Assembly (NCBI RefSeq): GCF_039974535.1
Contig: NZ_JBDWIU010000012.1
Location: 135,045 to 199,044, forward strand
DNA: 64,000 bases
Reading direction: 5' to 3'
Source of the DNA: Litoreibacter sp.
GTDB lineage: Bacteria > Pseudomonadota > Alphaproteobacteria > Rhodobacterales > Rhodobacteraceae
A model generated the notes under the pieces. The model worked only from the letters and a program-made list of their open reading frames with translations. It was not told the origin of the DNA and did not search any database. The position numbers were made by a program, and so were the translations under genes. Below, in pieces: positions 45,988 through 57,030 of the stretch (its first letter is position 1; every line of letters begins with the position of its first letter).

Positions 45988-47325
45988 ATGCGCATGTCCC
46001 GCTACTTTTTGCCCGTCCTGAAAGAAACGCCTTCTGAGGCGCAGATCGTGTCGCACCGCTACATGCTGCGTGCTGGCATGATCAAACAATCCTCGGCGGG
46101 CATCTATTCTTGGCTGCCGCTAGGTTACAAAGTTCTCAAGAAGATTGAGAATATCGTCCATGAGGAGCAAGAGCGTGCGGGTCATATGGCGATGTTGATG
46201 CCGACGATTCAATCTGCTGATTTGTGGAAAGAGTCTGGCCGCTATGACGATTACGGCGAAGAGATGCTGCGCATCAAAGACCGCCACGACCGCGACATGC
46301 TGTTTACCCCAACGGCGGAGGAGATGGTGACCGACATCTTCCGCTCCCACGTGAGCAGCTACAAAGACCTGCCTTTGACCATGTACCAAATCCAGTGGAA
46401 ATTCCGCGACGAGCGCCGCCCGCGGTTTGGCGTCATGCGTGGTCGCGAGTTCTACATGAAGGACGGATACAACTTCGACCTGACCAAGGAAGACGCGCTG
46501 CATGCGTACAACCGCCATCTGGTCAGCTACCTGCGCACTTATGAGCGTATGGGGCTTCAAGCGATCCCAATGCGTGCCGACAGTGGCCCGATTGGTGGCG
46601 ATGATACGCATGAGTTCTTGGTGTTGGCGGAGACGGGCGAGTCGGAGGTATTCTACGACAGTGCGGTGACCGATCTGACCTTTGGCGATCGTGAGATTGA
46701 CTACGACAACGTGGAACAATGCGCAGGCGTAATGGAAGAATTCACAACCAAATACGCCCGCACCGACGAGACGCATGACGAGGCGCTGTTTAATGAAGTG
46801 CCAGAGGAACGTCGCAAGACCGCTCGTGGCATCGAGGTTGGTCAGATTTTCTACTTCGGCACCAAGTATTCGGAGGCAATGAAAGCCACCGTCCAAGGCC
46901 CTGACGGCAAGCCTGTGCCTGTTCACATGGGGTCGCACGGTATCGGTGTGTCCCGTTTGTTGGGTGCTATTATTGAAGCCAGCCACGACGATAAGGGCAT
47001 CATCTGGCCCGAAGGTGTCACGCCTTATCACTGCGGTATTGTGAACCTTAAGCAGGGCGACGAAGACGCGGATGCAGCCTGTGAAAGCCTGTATAAATCT
47101 TTGACCGGTTTGGGGCTTGAGCCGCTTTATGATGACCGCAAAGAACGGGCAGGGGGCAAGTTCGCCACGATGGATCTGATCGGCCTGCCTTGGCGCATCA
47201 CTGTTGGCCCACGCGGTCTGAAAAACGGCGTGGTCGAATTGACATCGCGCCGCACTGGCGAAAGCGAAGAGATGTCGCCGGCGGATGCAGTGGCCAAGGT
47301 GGCCGCGATCTACGCCAACCATTAA
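45988..47325 (+). CDS. proS: Proline--tRNA ligase (short type, no INS editing domain)
   Basis: [20 protein letters not shown] motif 2, [17 protein letters not shown] motif 3; 445 aa. Confidence 0.97.
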   Translation: MRMSRYFLPVLKETPSEAQIVSHRYMLRAGMIKQSSAGIYSWLPLGYKVLKKIENIVHEEQERAGHMAMLMPTIQSADLWKESGRYDDYGEEMLRIKDRHDRDMLFTPTAEEMVTDIFRSHVSSYKDLPLTMYQIQWKFRDERRPRFGVMRGREFYMKDGYNFDLTKEDALHAYNRHLVSYLRTYERMGLQAIPMRADSGPIGGDDTHEFLVLAETGESEVFYDSAVTDLTFGDREIDYDNVEQCAGVMEEFTTKYARTDETHDEALFNEVPEERRKTARGIEVGQIFYFGTKYSEAMKATVQGPDGKPVPVHMGSHGIGVSRLLGAIIEASHDDKGIIWPEGVTPYHCGIVNLKQGDEDADAACESLYKSLTGLGLEPLYDDRKERAGGKFATMDLIGLPWRITVGPRGLKNGVVELTSRRTGESEEMSPADAVAKVAAIYANH

Positions 47326-47336
47326 GCTTCCCGCAT

Positions 47337-47366
47337 TCGGCCTGTGGAATAAACGCTACAGGCCGA
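47337..47366 (+). terminator. Hairpin after proS
   Basis: TCGGCCTGT...ACAGGCCGA. Confidence 0.6.
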
Positions 47367-47474
47367 TTGCTTCGCAATTTTTCCCACCCACCAGTAAATC
47401 GTCGCTTTTTATGTGCGAAGTTATACTGTGAAGGCTCCAGCTATTTTAGTCGGCATTAACGTGAAGGAATTCAG

Positions 47475-47852
47475 ATGAGCGTAGAAACTCCAAACCTGTC
47501 CGAAATGGGCGTCCGCAATCCCAATCAGATTGTGCACTACTCTTTGGTGCGGGTATCAAACGATATGGATGTGCTGAAGATTAACTACGGCCGTCCGCGC
47601 GGATCGATCCTACCCAAACGCCGAAGCTATGATTTTAAACGTCTGGGCAAGCCGATGGCGGGGTCGGACGAGGTCCGCATGGAGATTTCCCCGCTTTTGG
47701 CCGCGGCGGTGGATGAGTTGGATCACCTGTTGAGCGATGGCAAGGCAGTGGCGATAACCAAGAAGCAACTGCAAGAAGAGATTGCCGAGATTTCCAAAGA
47801 ACTGAACGCGCGTTTGGCGCATTTGTCCGAAGCGGTTGCTGCGCTGGACTGA
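47475..47852 (+). CDS. DUF3461 (YaeH-like) protein
   Basis: NL..MG..NP..I..YSL......D.LKI.Y.R..G....K and EISP.L....DELD pattern recalled from DUF3461; AAGGA SD. Confidence 0.68.
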   Translation: MSVETPNLSEMGVRNPNQIVHYSLVRVSNDMDVLKINYGRPRGSILPKRRSYDFKRLGKPMAGSDEVRMEISPLLAAAVDELDHLLSDGKAVAITKKQLQEEIAEISKELNARLAHLSEAVAALD

Positions 47853-47941
47853 TTGCCGTTCGGTGAGGTGGCGGTGGTTTGCCCACGTGGCTGACCGTTG
47901 CCCTGCGCAAGATTAATTAGATGCCCGCCAAGCGGTGCAAT

Positions 47942-47972
47942 AAAAAAGGGGCGCCATAAGAGGCGCCCCTTA
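47942..47972. terminator. Terminator between convergent DUF3461 and symporter genes
   Basis: AAGGGGCGCC-ATAAGA-GGCGCCCCTT with an A-run on the left (U-run on the minus strand). Confidence 0.85.
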
Positions 47973-47993
47973 GTGTTTTAACTTGTGCTCAAC

Positions 47994-49562
47994 TTAGTGA
48001 GTAAACTTCTTGATTTCACCCGATGACAGACGCGCGGAGTAGGACGCCAACTCTGCCTTGACCAGCTTCATCAGGAAGTAGAGGCAGAAGATATTGACCA
48101 CCGCCATGGCGAAGATTGCCGCGTCGGAGAAGTCGATCACTGGGCCAAGGCTCGCTGCGGCACCGATGACGATGAACACGCAGAAGATCAGCTTGAACAC
48201 CAGCTCAGAGGTTTTGCCCTCGCCGAACAGGTATGTCCAAGCCTTGAGGCCGTAGTAGCTCCAAGAGATCATGGTTGAGAAGGCAAACAAAACCACAGCA
48301 ATCGCCAGCACATATGGGAACCAGCTGATGCCGGATGCGAAGGCTGCCGAAGTCAGTGCCACGCCACCGTTGCCGTCCACAGTCGCAATTGCGGAGCCAG
48401 CTTCATTCAGCATGTAGTTGCCAGTTTCTGGATCAATGATCAGCTGCCCCGAGATGGTGATAACCAAAGCGGTCATTGTGCAGATGATCACGGTATCGAT
48501 CAGTGGCTCAAGCAAGGATACGAAACCCTCGGTGATTGGTTCTTTGGTCTTCACCGCAGAGTGCGCAATCGCCGCCGAGCCAACGCCCGCCTCATTTGAG
48601 AAGGCCGCTCGTTTGAACCCTTGGATCAACGCGCCGACCATGCCGCCTGCAACGCCCAAACCAGTGAACGCCCCGCCGAAAATTTGGCCAAAGGCCCAGC
48701 CGATTTTGTCGTAGTTGACGATCAAGATGATCAGTGCCGCACCAACATAGAGGATACCCATGAAAGGGACCACTTTCTCGGTGACGGATGCGATCGATTT
48801 CACGCCGCCTACGATGACAACGAAAACGATAGCTGCGAAGATGAAGCCAGTAATCAACCCAGAGAACTCAAAGCCAAGAACGCCTTGGATTTGCGCGTGA
48901 GCTTGGTTGGCTTGGAACATGTTCCCGCCGCCAAGTGCGCCAAGGATACAGAACACCGAGAACAGGACCGCTAGGATTTTGCCGCCAGGAAGTCCCAGCT
49001 CGGTAAAGCCCTTCGAGATGTAGTACATCGGCCCACCAGAGACGGTGCCATCAGGATATTCATTGCGATATTTCACGCCCAAAGTGCATTCGGTGAACTT
49101 GGAGGCCATCCCCAAAAGACCCGCAAGGATCATCCAGAATGTGGCCCCCGGCCCACCAATGCCCACGGCAACGGCCACACCGGCAATGTTGCCAAGGCCA
49201 ACCGTGCCCGACAGCGCGGTGGCTAAGGCTTGGAAGTGACTGACTTCACCTGCGTCATTTGGATCAGAGTAGTCGCCTTTCACCAGCGCAATCGCATGGT
49301 TAAAGAAACGGAACTGAACGAAGGCGAAATACAGGGTAAAAACTGCGGCACCGATCACCAGCCACATCACGATCCACGGGAAGGGCTGGCCCATCACGTT
49401 AAAGGGCAGTGGAGCAAAGATGAAGCCCACAAAAGGCCCAGTTGCCGCCGCGAAGGCAGCGTTTACACGGGCATCGAGACCTTCGGCCTCTTGCGCCAAG
49501 ACAGGGCCTGCAGAAGCGGCCAGAAGTGCAGCAGACGCCGCGAATTGATTGATACGTTTCAT
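47994..49562 (-). CDS. Alanine/glycine:cation symporter (AGCS family); start ATG 49562
   Basis: SHFQAL.TALSGTVGLGNIAGVA.A, GGPGA.FWM, GGPMYY, FSNEAG.GS..IAH, FSTMISWSYYG. Confidence 0.95.
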   Translation of the reverse strand: MKRINQFAASAALLAASAGPVLAQEAEGLDARVNAAFAAATGPFVGFIFAPLPFNVMGQPFPWIVMWLVIGAAVFTLYFAFVQFRFFNHAIALVKGDYSDPNDAGEVSHFQALATALSGTVGLGNIAGVAVAVGIGGPGATFWMILAGLLGMASKFTECTLGVKYRNEYPDGTVSGGPMYYISKGFTELGLPGGKILAVLFSVFCILGALGGGNMFQANQAHAQIQGVLGFEFSGLITGFIFAAIVFVVIVGGVKSIASVTEKVVPFMGILYVGAALIILIVNYDKIGWAFGQIFGGAFTGLGVAGGMVGALIQGFKRAAFSNEAGVGSAAIAHSAVKTKEPITEGFVSLLEPLIDTVIICTMTALVITISGQLIIDPETGNYMLNEAGSAIATVDGNGGVALTSAAFASGISWFPYVLAIAVVLFAFSTMISWSYYGLKAWTYLFGEGKTSELVFKLIFCVFIVIGAAASLGPVIDFSDAAIFAMAVVNIFCLYFLMKLVKAELASYSARLSSGEIKKFTH

Positions 49563-49572
49563 GTCAGCCCCT

Positions 49573-50010
49573 TTAGTTGACAACGGTGACGGGCACGCTG
49601 GCTTCCATCACGAGGTTCGCGGTTGAGCTGCCAAAGATGCGTTTGGACAAGCCAGACTCGGTGGAACGGCCTACAATGATTTGCGCAGCACCGGTTTCTT
49701 TGGCGATATCGTTCAACGTGTCAGCAACATTACCGTGACGGACGAGGCCATTTGCCGTGAGGCCGGCTTTGGTCAACGATGCGATTGCTGGCGTGACAAC
49801 CCGTTCTTGCGCGGTGGAGATTTCCTCTTCACGGCGTTTATGGCGTTGCGCGTTTTCTTCGGCGGTTTGGAAAGAATATGGCGACCACTCAATGACATAA
49901 ATCACGTGTATTTCGCAGGTCCCGATCTGCTCAGCTAGAGATTTTGCGAACTCTAATGCGCGCTCCCCCGAGCTGTGCCCATCAAGGCCAATTACTAATT
50001 TCGTTGACAT
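49573..50010 (-). CDS. Universal stress protein; start ATG 50010
   Basis: LVIGLDG...GERAL, IIVGR, FGS....LV..ASVPVTVV. Confidence 0.92.
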   Translation of the reverse strand: MSTKLVIGLDGHSSGERALEFAKSLAEQIGTCEIHVIYVIEWSPYSFQTAEENAQRHKRREEEISTAQERVVTPAIASLTKAGLTANGLVRHGNVADTLNDIAKETGAAQIIVGRSTESGLSKRIFGSSTANLVMEASVPVTVVN

Positions 50011-50137
50011 AATACTGTCTCCCATTGCGACCGTCTGTTTTCATTTTTTTGCATTCAGGCGAGGAACCGAGACTTCAAATTGGAAGGCCTTCACGCGCTT
50101 GACGGACGAGTTGTTTTTCGGTCCTTCACATAAGTGT

Positions 50138-50156
50138 GTACGACATATTGTCGTAC
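50138..50156. promoter_or_regulatory. Perfect palindrome GTACGACA-TAT-TGTCGTAC (operator candidate)
   Basis: 8-bp arms in the usp/lolE divergent intergenic region. Confidence 0.55.
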
Positions 50157-50324
50157 CATCGGGCGCATTTCCAACGCAAAGCGTGGTGGAAAATCCCTAA
50201 ATCGGGTGATATTTTGGGAGAAATGATCTGAATTCAGTTTGGAGGTTCGGCTTGCGCCCAATAATGAAGTGTTGGCGACATGTTGCCGCCGCAGACTTGA
50301 CCCGCATAAAGGATCAGCGCAAAC

Positions 50325-51671
50325 GTGACGGCAAAAGCAAAGCGGAGAACGCAGTTGAGCAGCAACGGCCCCACCACTACCCCCCCGTTTTCGGGGTTCG
50401 AATGGATGATCGCATGGCGCTATTTGCGTGCCAAACGCGCGGAAGGCGGCGTGTCCGTGATGACGTGGATCAGCTTGATCGGCATCACCTTGGCGGTTGC
50501 AGCGTTGATCATCACCTTGGCTGTTCGGTCCGGCTTTCGCTATGAATTTGTAGACACGATCTTGGGCGCGAACGCCCATGTCACGGTCTATTCGTCGGGA
50601 CAAACCACATCGACGGGAACCTATGCTCAAGTCATCGACGATTATGACGGCTTAACGGCTCAGATGGCCGCGGCTGAAGGTGTTGTTCGTGCAGCTCCCT
50701 TGGTGAAGGGGCAGGTTATGGCCTCGGTGGCATCGGGCGGCAATGCCGGCGCGGAGGTCTACGGCATCCGCGCCGATGATCTGGCGAGCGTGCGCCGCGT
50801 GGTCGATCCGGAACAAAAACTAGGGGATTTGTCGCAATTTGGTTTGGCCAATAATGGCATGACAATTGCCATCGGTTGGGGCGTTGCGCGCAGCTTGGGC
50901 GCGTCTGTCGGGGATAAAGTTCGGCTGATCTCGCCGAATGGCACCAAGACAGCTTTCGGCACCTCTCCACGTATCGTGGCGTTTGAGGTGGTCTACATCT
51001 TCCAAGTTGGCCGCTACGACATTGACCGCACGCGGGTCTATATGCCCTTCGACAAGGCGCAGGAATATTTCAACCGCGAAGGCGTGGCTGATGAGATCGA
51101 GGTGATCCTTGATGACCCCGAAAACGTCACCAAGCAAGAACGCGCGTTGCTCTCGGCAGCTGGCGAGGGGGCGCTTTTGTGGACGTGGCGCGATAGCTCG
51201 GGCGCATTCCTGAATGCGTTGGAGATGGAGGACAATGTGATGTTCTTGATCCTCTCCGTGCTGGTGTTGATTGCCTCGATGAACATCGTCTCCGGCTTGA
51301 TCATGCTGGTGAAAAACAAGGGCCGCGACATTGGTATCCTGCGCACGATGGGGTTATCCGAAGGCTCTGTGCTGCGGGTATTCTTCATCTGCGGGGCCTC
51401 CATCGGGGTGATCGGGACGATCCTTGGCATGATCATTGGGTGCCTGTTTGCCATCTATATTGACCAGATTTTCGGCGTTGTGAATTGGGTTGCTGGTGGG
51501 GGCGTTTGGGACCCGTCAATCCGGCTGATCTCCAAGTTGCCAGCACGCCTTGAGATGGGCGACGTGCTGTCTGCTATTTCATTGTCGCTGTTCCTCAGCT
51601 TCGTTGTGACTATCTTTCCGGCCCGCCGTGCGGCGCGGATGAACCCTGTGGAGGCCTTGCGCTATGAGTAA
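50325..51671 (+). CDS. lolE: Lipoprotein-releasing ABC transporter permease LolC/E
   Basis: [50 protein letters not shown]. Confidence 0.93.
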   Translation: MTAKAKRRTQLSSNGPTTTPPFSGFEWMIAWRYLRAKRAEGGVSVMTWISLIGITLAVAALIITLAVRSGFRYEFVDTILGANAHVTVYSSGQTTSTGTYAQVIDDYDGLTAQMAAAEGVVRAAPLVKGQVMASVASGGNAGAEVYGIRADDLASVRRVVDPEQKLGDLSQFGLANNGMTIAIGWGVARSLGASVGDKVRLISPNGTKTAFGTSPRIVAFEVVYIFQVGRYDIDRTRVYMPFDKAQEYFNREGVADEIEVILDDPENVTKQERALLSAAGEGALLWTWRDSSGAFLNALEMEDNVMFLILSVLVLIASMNIVSGLIMLVKNKGRDIGILRTMGLSEGSVLRVFFICGASIGVIGTILGMIIGCLFAIYIDQIFGVVNWVAGGGVWDPSIRLISKLPARLEMGDVLSAISLSLFLSFVVTIFPARRAARMNPVEALRYE

Positions 51672-52347
51672 TGCGGCGTTGCTGCTCGACGGTGTCGAGA
51701 AGGTCTATAACACGGGCAAACCTAACGAGATCGCGGTGCTGCGCGGTGTTCAGCTCGAGGTCGCCGCTGGCGAGGTCGTCGCCATGGTCGCCCCCTCAGG
51801 GGCGGGTAAGTCCACCTTGCTACACACTGCTGGGTTGCTCGACACGCCTGACAAGGGACGCGTCGTGATCGACGGGGATGACCTAAGCGGCAGGAGTGAT
51901 CGTGCACGCACGGCGGCGCGCAGGTCCAAGGTCGGGTTTATCTATCAGTTCCATCACCTGCTGCCGGAATTCAGCGCGTTGGAGAACATCGTACTGCCGC
52001 AACTGGCTGCAGGCGTGTCCAAGCGCGATGCTGAGGCTTATGCTTCTGAGCTGCTGGAGAAGGTCGGCGTGTCATCAAGGGCCGCGCATCGTCCGGGTGA
52101 GTTGTCGGGAGGCGAGCAACAACGCGTCGCATTCTGTCGTGCTTTGGCCAACAAACCGGGATTGTTGCTGGCGGACGAGCCGACGGGCAACCTTGATCCG
52201 GGTACCTCGGATCAGGTGTTTGACGCGTTGATGGCCTTGGCGCGTTCCACCGGTTTGGCCGCACTTATAGCGACCCATAATCTTGAGTTGGCTGGTCGGA
52301 TGGACCGAGTTGTCCGGCTGGAGAACGGCGTGCTGGTCGACGCCTAA
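51664..52347 (+). CDS. lolD: Lipoprotein-releasing ABC transporter ATPase LolD
   Basis: [45 protein letters not shown]. Confidence 0.93.
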   Translation: MSNAALLLDGVEKVYNTGKPNEIAVLRGVQLEVAAGEVVAMVAPSGAGKSTLLHTAGLLDTPDKGRVVIDGDDLSGRSDRARTAARRSKVGFIYQFHHLLPEFSALENIVLPQLAAGVSKRDAEAYASELLEKVGVSSRAAHRPGELSGGEQQRVAFCRALANKPGLLLADEPTGNLDPGTSDQVFDALMALARSTGLAALIATHNLELAGRMDRVVRLENGVLVDA

Positions 52348-53291
52348 GCGTCGGCCGCAGCTTTCAGGTACAACTCAACGGCGCCATCGAAGACCTCTGC
52401 CTGAACATCGGGTAGGTCCATGGCAACCTCATGCTCACCGCCTTCGATTATGCGCAAGTCGCCGTTATGCCAGCGGGCCATGCGGTCACGAATGGCGTCC
52501 ATGTCGACGATACGCTCATTGGTGCCAAGGAAAGTGATCGTTGGCACGTCAGGTGATGGGTTAAGTGCCAAAGCGCGGCATTCTTTCAGCGCCTCGTTGA
52601 ACCAAGCAAAGGAAGGGCCACCAAGGGCAAGATCTGAATGCGCGATCAATTGCTGACGCATGTTTTCAAACATACCCGTGTCACGGGTCAGCAGGTTGTC
52701 TTCAAAGGGGTGGGCCAACACGTAGGAGGTCTCGGAGGTTCCGGGCGCTATAAGTCGCTCAAACCGTGTGTTGCGTGTCAGGCTGGACAACACCCAGCCA
52801 GCGCTGCGGCGCACGGGGTCCAAGGCAATGTCCCACATGGGGCCAGTGAAGACAGCTCCAACGACAGGGAGGCCCTCCATCAAGGCCCGCAGACCAATGC
52901 ATCCCCCCATGGAGTGCGCGAACAGCCCAAGCGGCTTAGGCAAGTTCAATTCTGGCAAGGCAGCAATGACAGCGGCGACATCCGCTTGGTATTCGTTGAA
53001 TTTGTCGACGTGACCGATGAGGCGATTGTCGAGCGCGCGGGCGGCAAGGCCTTGCCCGCGCCAATCAACCGCTACCGTTGAGAAGCCGCGGTCCTGAAAG
53101 GCCTTTGCGGCTGCCCCATATTTTTCGATGAATTCTGTGCGACCCGGAAAAAGCAGCACGGTTCCTTTGTCCCCGCCATTCCAAACGCCGATGCGTATTT
53201 GAACATCATCCGATGTGGTGAGCCAGTAGGCGCATCCGCCTTCGGGTCCATTGGCGACATCGGCGTGGAATGGGGCAGGGGTAAGGGTCAC
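52344..53291 (-). CDS. Alpha/beta hydrolase (lysophospholipase PldB-like)
   Basis: [27 protein letters not shown]. Confidence 0.9.
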   Translation of the reverse strand: MTLTPAPFHADVANGPEGGCAYWLTTSDDVQIRIGVWNGGDKGTVLLFPGRTEFIEKYGAAAKAFQDRGFSTVAVDWRGQGLAARALDNRLIGHVDKFNEYQADVAAVIAALPELNLPKPLGLFAHSMGGCIGLRALMEGLPVVGAVFTGPMWDIALDPVRRSAGWVLSSLTRNTRFERLIAPGTSETSYVLAHPFEDNLLTRDTGMFENMRQQLIAHSDLALGGPSFAWFNEALKECRALALNPSPDVPTITFLGTNERIVDMDAIRDRMARWHNGDLRIIEGGEHEVAMDLPDVQAEVFDGAVELYLKAAADA

Positions 53292-53575
53292 GACAGAACG
53301 GACCCCAGCTTCATTGCGGTGCCCATATCGCCATCGACGGACAGTTTGCCGGTCATGAAGGCCGAGGTTGGGTTCAAGTCGCCCGAGAGAATCGCCTCAA
53401 AGGTTTCGGTGTCGGCGGTCATGGTGCATTCTGCTTCGTCGTCGCCTGCGCGCACACCGTCGCCGTCAACCATAATGGCGCCTTCGCCCTCGATCACGAA
53501 CTTAACGGAGCCGTCAAAGCCGCCGTCCATTTTGCCTGCAAGGGCCTCTACGGCTTTGTTGATTACGTCACTCAT
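53288..53575 (-). CDS. SCP2 sterol/lipid-binding domain protein
   Basis: G.LNP..AFM.GKL.V.GDMG.AMKL; GGAG SD. Confidence 0.93.
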   Translation of the reverse strand: MSDVINKAVEALAGKMDGGFDGSVKFVIEGEGAIMVDGDGVRAGDDEAECTMTADTETFEAILSGDLNPTSAFMTGKLSVDGDMGTAMKLGSVLS

Positions 53576-53658
53576 GATCCAGATCTCCTATAAAAGTGAT
53601 TGAACGGGCATTTGTAGGTTTTGATTTTCGCAAATCACCCGTTAGACTTGCAGGCATT

Positions 53659-54219
53659 ATGATGGTTTCCCGCACAGTCCTCAATATTTTCGTTACGGCA
53701 TTCGTATCGATTATGGCTCTTAGTGGTCCGAGTTATGCCGATGAGGCGAAACTGGATGAACTCTACACTCAACTGGCTGAGCCGGAACTACAAGACGTGG
53801 AAGCGATTGAACGCAAAATTTGGGCGGAATGGTCCAAATCAGGGTCAGCCTCGATGGATTTGCTATTGATGCGCGGGCGTCGGGCGATGGAGGCGGGCGA
53901 TTTTTCAAAGGCAATCGAGCACCTGACCGCTTTGATTGACCATGCGCCAGAATTCGCCGAAGGTTGGAACGCGCGGGCGACTGCTTTTTTCAACGCAGAG
54001 CAATACGGCCTCTCCATTGCAGATATTCAGCGCACGTTGGCTCTTAACCCCAACCATTTTGGCGCAATGCAAGGGCTCGGGCGCATTATGGAAGAGCTTG
54101 GAAATGACGCTGACGCCTTAACCGCCTATAAGGCCGCAGCCGCTATACATCCCCACCGCGAAGGCCTAAAAGAAACTATTGAGCGGCTGGAGAAGAAAGT
54201 TTCCGGCCAAGACATTTAG
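53659..54219 (+). CDS. Periplasmic TPR protein; start ATG 53659 assumed
   Basis: Signal peptide; TPR motifs P.FAEGWN.RA, LALNP.HFGA..GLG. Confidence 0.88.
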   Translation: MMVSRTVLNIFVTAFVSIMALSGPSYADEAKLDELYTQLAEPELQDVEAIERKIWAEWSKSGSASMDLLLMRGRRAMEAGDFSKAIEHLTALIDHAPEFAEGWNARATAFFNAEQYGLSIADIQRTLALNPNHFGAMQGLGRIMEELGNDADALTAYKAAAAIHPHREGLKETIERLEKKVSGQDI

Positions 54220-54255
54220 CGATACGTTTCGACGTCTGAATACTAAGGGCAAGAT

Positions 54256-57030
54256 ATGAGCCAACAGGCACGCGTGACCGCGGTTCTTGGCCCCACGAAT
54301 ACCGGCAAAACCCACTACGCAATTGAACGCATGCTGGCGCATCGTACAGGCATCATTGGCCTGCCGCTGCGGCTGTTGGCGCGTGAGGTCTACGACAAAA
54401 TCGTTGCCCTTCGCGGCCCTTCTGTTGTGGCGCTGATCACGGGCGAAGAACGTATCGTGCCTGACCGCGCCGCATATTGGGTCTGCACGGTGGAGGCCAT
54501 GCCCGACGGCATGGGCGCGGATTTTCTAGCGATCGACGAGATACAGCTGTGCGCCGATCCTGAGCGCGGCCATGTGTTTACCGACAGATTGCTGCGCGCG
54601 CGCGGGTTACTTGAGACGCTGTTCATGGGCTCCGACACCATGAAAAGCGCGATTGCCGCGCTGGAGCCAAAGGCGCAATTCGTGCGGCGCGATCGGTTCT
54701 CGGAGCTGACATATACGGGCTCCAAAAAGATCAGCAGGCTAAAGCCGCGCAGCGCGATTGTCGGATTTTCGGTTGAAAACGTCTATGCCATCGCCGAGTT
54801 GATCCGTCGCCAAAAGGGCGGATGCGCGGTTGTGATGGGGGCACTGTCGCCGCGCACGCGCAACGCGCAAGTTGAGATGTATCAAAACGGGGACGTCGAC
54901 TATCTGGTAGCCACGGACGCCATCGGTATGGGGCTGAATTTGGACGTGAGCCATGTGGCTTTCTCCGCGTTGTCGAAATTTGACGGGCGGCGCATGCGCA
55001 GACTTATGCCCAACGAGTTGGCACAAATAGCCGGGCGGGCAGGGCGCTACATGCAACCTGGAACCTTTGGGGTGACGGGCGAGGCGCAGGACCTAGAGCC
55101 AGAGATTGTGGACGCGATCACTTCGGCGCAATTTACCCCGATTAAGAAGCTGCAATGGCGCAATGACCGGCTTGAGTTCGGCTCCATCGGGCGCTTGCTG
55201 CAAAGCCTGGAGAAGCACACGGATGATGACTGGCTGAGCCGCGCACGGGACGCGGATGACGTGCTGGCCCTCAAATCCTTGCGCGAGGTGACGGAGGTGG
55301 ACGCGCGGGTATCCACACCGCAGGATGTGAAACTGCTGTGGGACGTGTGCCGCATTCCCGACTTCAGGGGAATCAGTCAGGGCGAACACTCCGCCTTGTT
55401 GGAGGCGATTTTTGGCTACTTGCACGACAAGGGCCAAGTGCCGCGCGATTATTTGGGACGCCAGATTGCCCGTATCGACCGGACCGATGGTGGCATAGAT
55501 GCGCTGTCCAAGCGATTGGCGTTTATCCGCACATGGACCTATGTTGCGCAACGCAAAGGGTGGGTCCAAGACGAAACCCATTGGCGCGGGGAAACCCGTG
55601 CTGTAGAAGACCGATTGTCGGATGCCCTGCACGGGGCGCTGACGCAAAGATTTGTCGACCGGCGCACCTCAGTGTTGCTGCGGCGGTTGAAGCAGAAGGA
55701 GAGCCTCGTGGCTGACGTGAACGACAAGGGTGAAGTGACGGTAGAAGATCAGATGATCGGCCGTCTTGATGGGTTTCGGTTCCGGCAGGATCAAACCTCT
55801 AGCCCGGACGAGGCCAAAATGCTGCGCCAAGCCGCGCTGGCGGCCTTAACGCCGCATTTCAACCTGCGCGCGGACAAGTTTTACAACGCGCCCGATACCG
55901 AGATGGACTTCACCGAGCAAGGTGGCCTGATGTGGGGCGACATGGCCGTGGGCAAGCTGGTGAAAGGCGCCTCCGCGCTGAAGCCAGAAGTCGAGGCTTT
56001 CGTTGATGACGAAGCAGGTGCGGATGTGGCCGAGAAGGTCAAACGCCGCCTGCAACACTTCATTGACCGCAAGATTACGGCCGCGTTTGAGCCAATGATG
56101 GCGCTGTCCAACGACGAGACGCTGACCGGTTTGGCCAAGGGCTTTGCCTTTCAGGTGTCGGAAGCCTTGGGCGTTTTGACCCGCGACGCGGTTGCTGCAG
56201 ACGTGAAGGCGCTGGACCAAGATGCGCGCGGCGCATTGCGCAAGCACGGCATTCGCTTTGGTCAGTTTACCATCTTCATGCCTTTGCTGCTGAAACCCGC
56301 GCCTACGCGTTTGCGCTTGGTTTTGTGGTCGTTGCAAAAAGACTTGGCGGAATTCCCCGAATCCCCGCCCCCCGGTCTGGTAACTGTGCCGTCCGTCGCT
56401 GATGCGCCTGAGGGCTACTACACCCAAGCTGGCTACCGCCTTGCGGGCGAGCGGGCGATCCGGATTGATATGTTGGAACGCTTGGCCGACCAACTGCGTG
56501 CCGAAGACAGCCGTGGTGGCTTTGAGGCCAAAGCCGACATGCTGTCGATTACCGGCATGACGCTGGAGCAATTCGCGAACCTGATGGCCGGACTTGGTTA
56601 CAAGGCCGCGAAGGACGAGCGTGACAAGGTCAAAGCGGCTCCTGCCGAGGCCCCGAAAGCCGAAGAAAGCGCGGAAGCGGCCCCAGCAGAGGCAGCTCCT
56701 ACGCAAGAGGGTGCCGCAAAGGCTGAAACGCCCGAGGCTCCGGCTGAGAAGACAGATGCTGAGGCCGCAGCTTCCGCTCCAGTCCCTGAGAAGGAGGTGT
56801 TCTATACCTTCACATGGGGTGGCTTTGGTACGCGCAAGCCGCGCGAAGGTGGCCGCCCGCAAGGCGACAACCGTGGCAAAGGCAAGCAGGGTGGCAAACC
56901 TAAAGGCAAGGGTGGCCCGCGCCGCGACAACAAGGCGCAAAACTATCAGGCTCGCCCGCCTAAGAAGGAAAAAGCCATCGATCCTGACAACCCGTTTGCA
57001 GCAGCCCTGATGGGGCTGAAAAAAGACTGA
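54256..57030 (+). CDS. SUV3-like SF2 RNA helicase
   Basis: LGPTNTGKT, IDEIQ, ATDAIGMGLN, QIAGRAGR; Ala/Glu/Pro linker and Gly/Lys/Arg-rich tail. Confidence 0.92.
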   Translation: MSQQARVTAVLGPTNTGKTHYAIERMLAHRTGIIGLPLRLLAREVYDKIVALRGPSVVALITGEERIVPDRAAYWVCTVEAMPDGMGADFLAIDEIQLCADPERGHVFTDRLLRARGLLETLFMGSDTMKSAIAALEPKAQFVRRDRFSELTYTGSKKISRLKPRSAIVGFSVENVYAIAELIRRQKGGCAVVMGALSPRTRNAQVEMYQNGDVDYLVATDAIGMGLNLDVSHVAFSALSKFDGRRMRRLMPNELAQIAGRAGRYMQPGTFGVTGEAQDLEPEIVDAITSAQFTPIKKLQWRNDRLEFGSIGRLLQSLEKHTDDDWLSRARDADDVLALKSLREVTEVDARVSTPQDVKLLWDVCRIPDFRGISQGEHSALLEAIFGYLHDKGQVPRDYLGRQIARIDRTDGGIDALSKRLAFIRTWTYVAQRKGWVQDETHWRGETRAVEDRLSDALHGALTQRFVDRRTSVLLRRLKQKESLVADVNDKGEVTVEDQMIGRLDGFRFRQDQTSSPDEAKMLRQAALAALTPHFNLRADKFYNAPDTEMDFTEQGGLMWGDMAVGKLVKGASALKPEVEAFVDDEAGADVAEKVKRRLQHFIDRKITAAFEPMMALSNDETLTGLAKGFAFQVSEALGVLTRDAVAADVKALDQDARGALRKHGIRFGQFTIFMPLLLKPAPTRLRLVLWSLQKDLAEFPESPPPGLVTVPSVADAPEGYYTQAGYRLAGERAIRIDMLERLADQLRAEDSRGGFEAKADMLSITGMTLEQFANLMAGLGYKAAKDERDKVKAAPAEAPKAEESAEAAPAEAAPTQEGAAKAETPEAPAEKTDAEAAASAPVPEKEVFYTFTWGGFGTRKPREGGRPQGDNRGKGKQGGKPKGKGGPRRDNKAQNYQARPPKKEKAIDPDNPFAAALMGLKKD

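Noticed and set aside
50011-50324. Glycine riboswitch upstream of the alanine/glycine symporter operon
   Set aside because: The conserved GGAGA...CCGAAG...CUCUCAGG elements were not found on the minus strand.
56640-56960. Low-complexity Ala/Glu/Pro and Gly/Lys/Arg repeats in the helicase tail
   Set aside because: Ordinary disordered linker and RNA-binding tail of this helicase family; no exact DNA tandem repeat.
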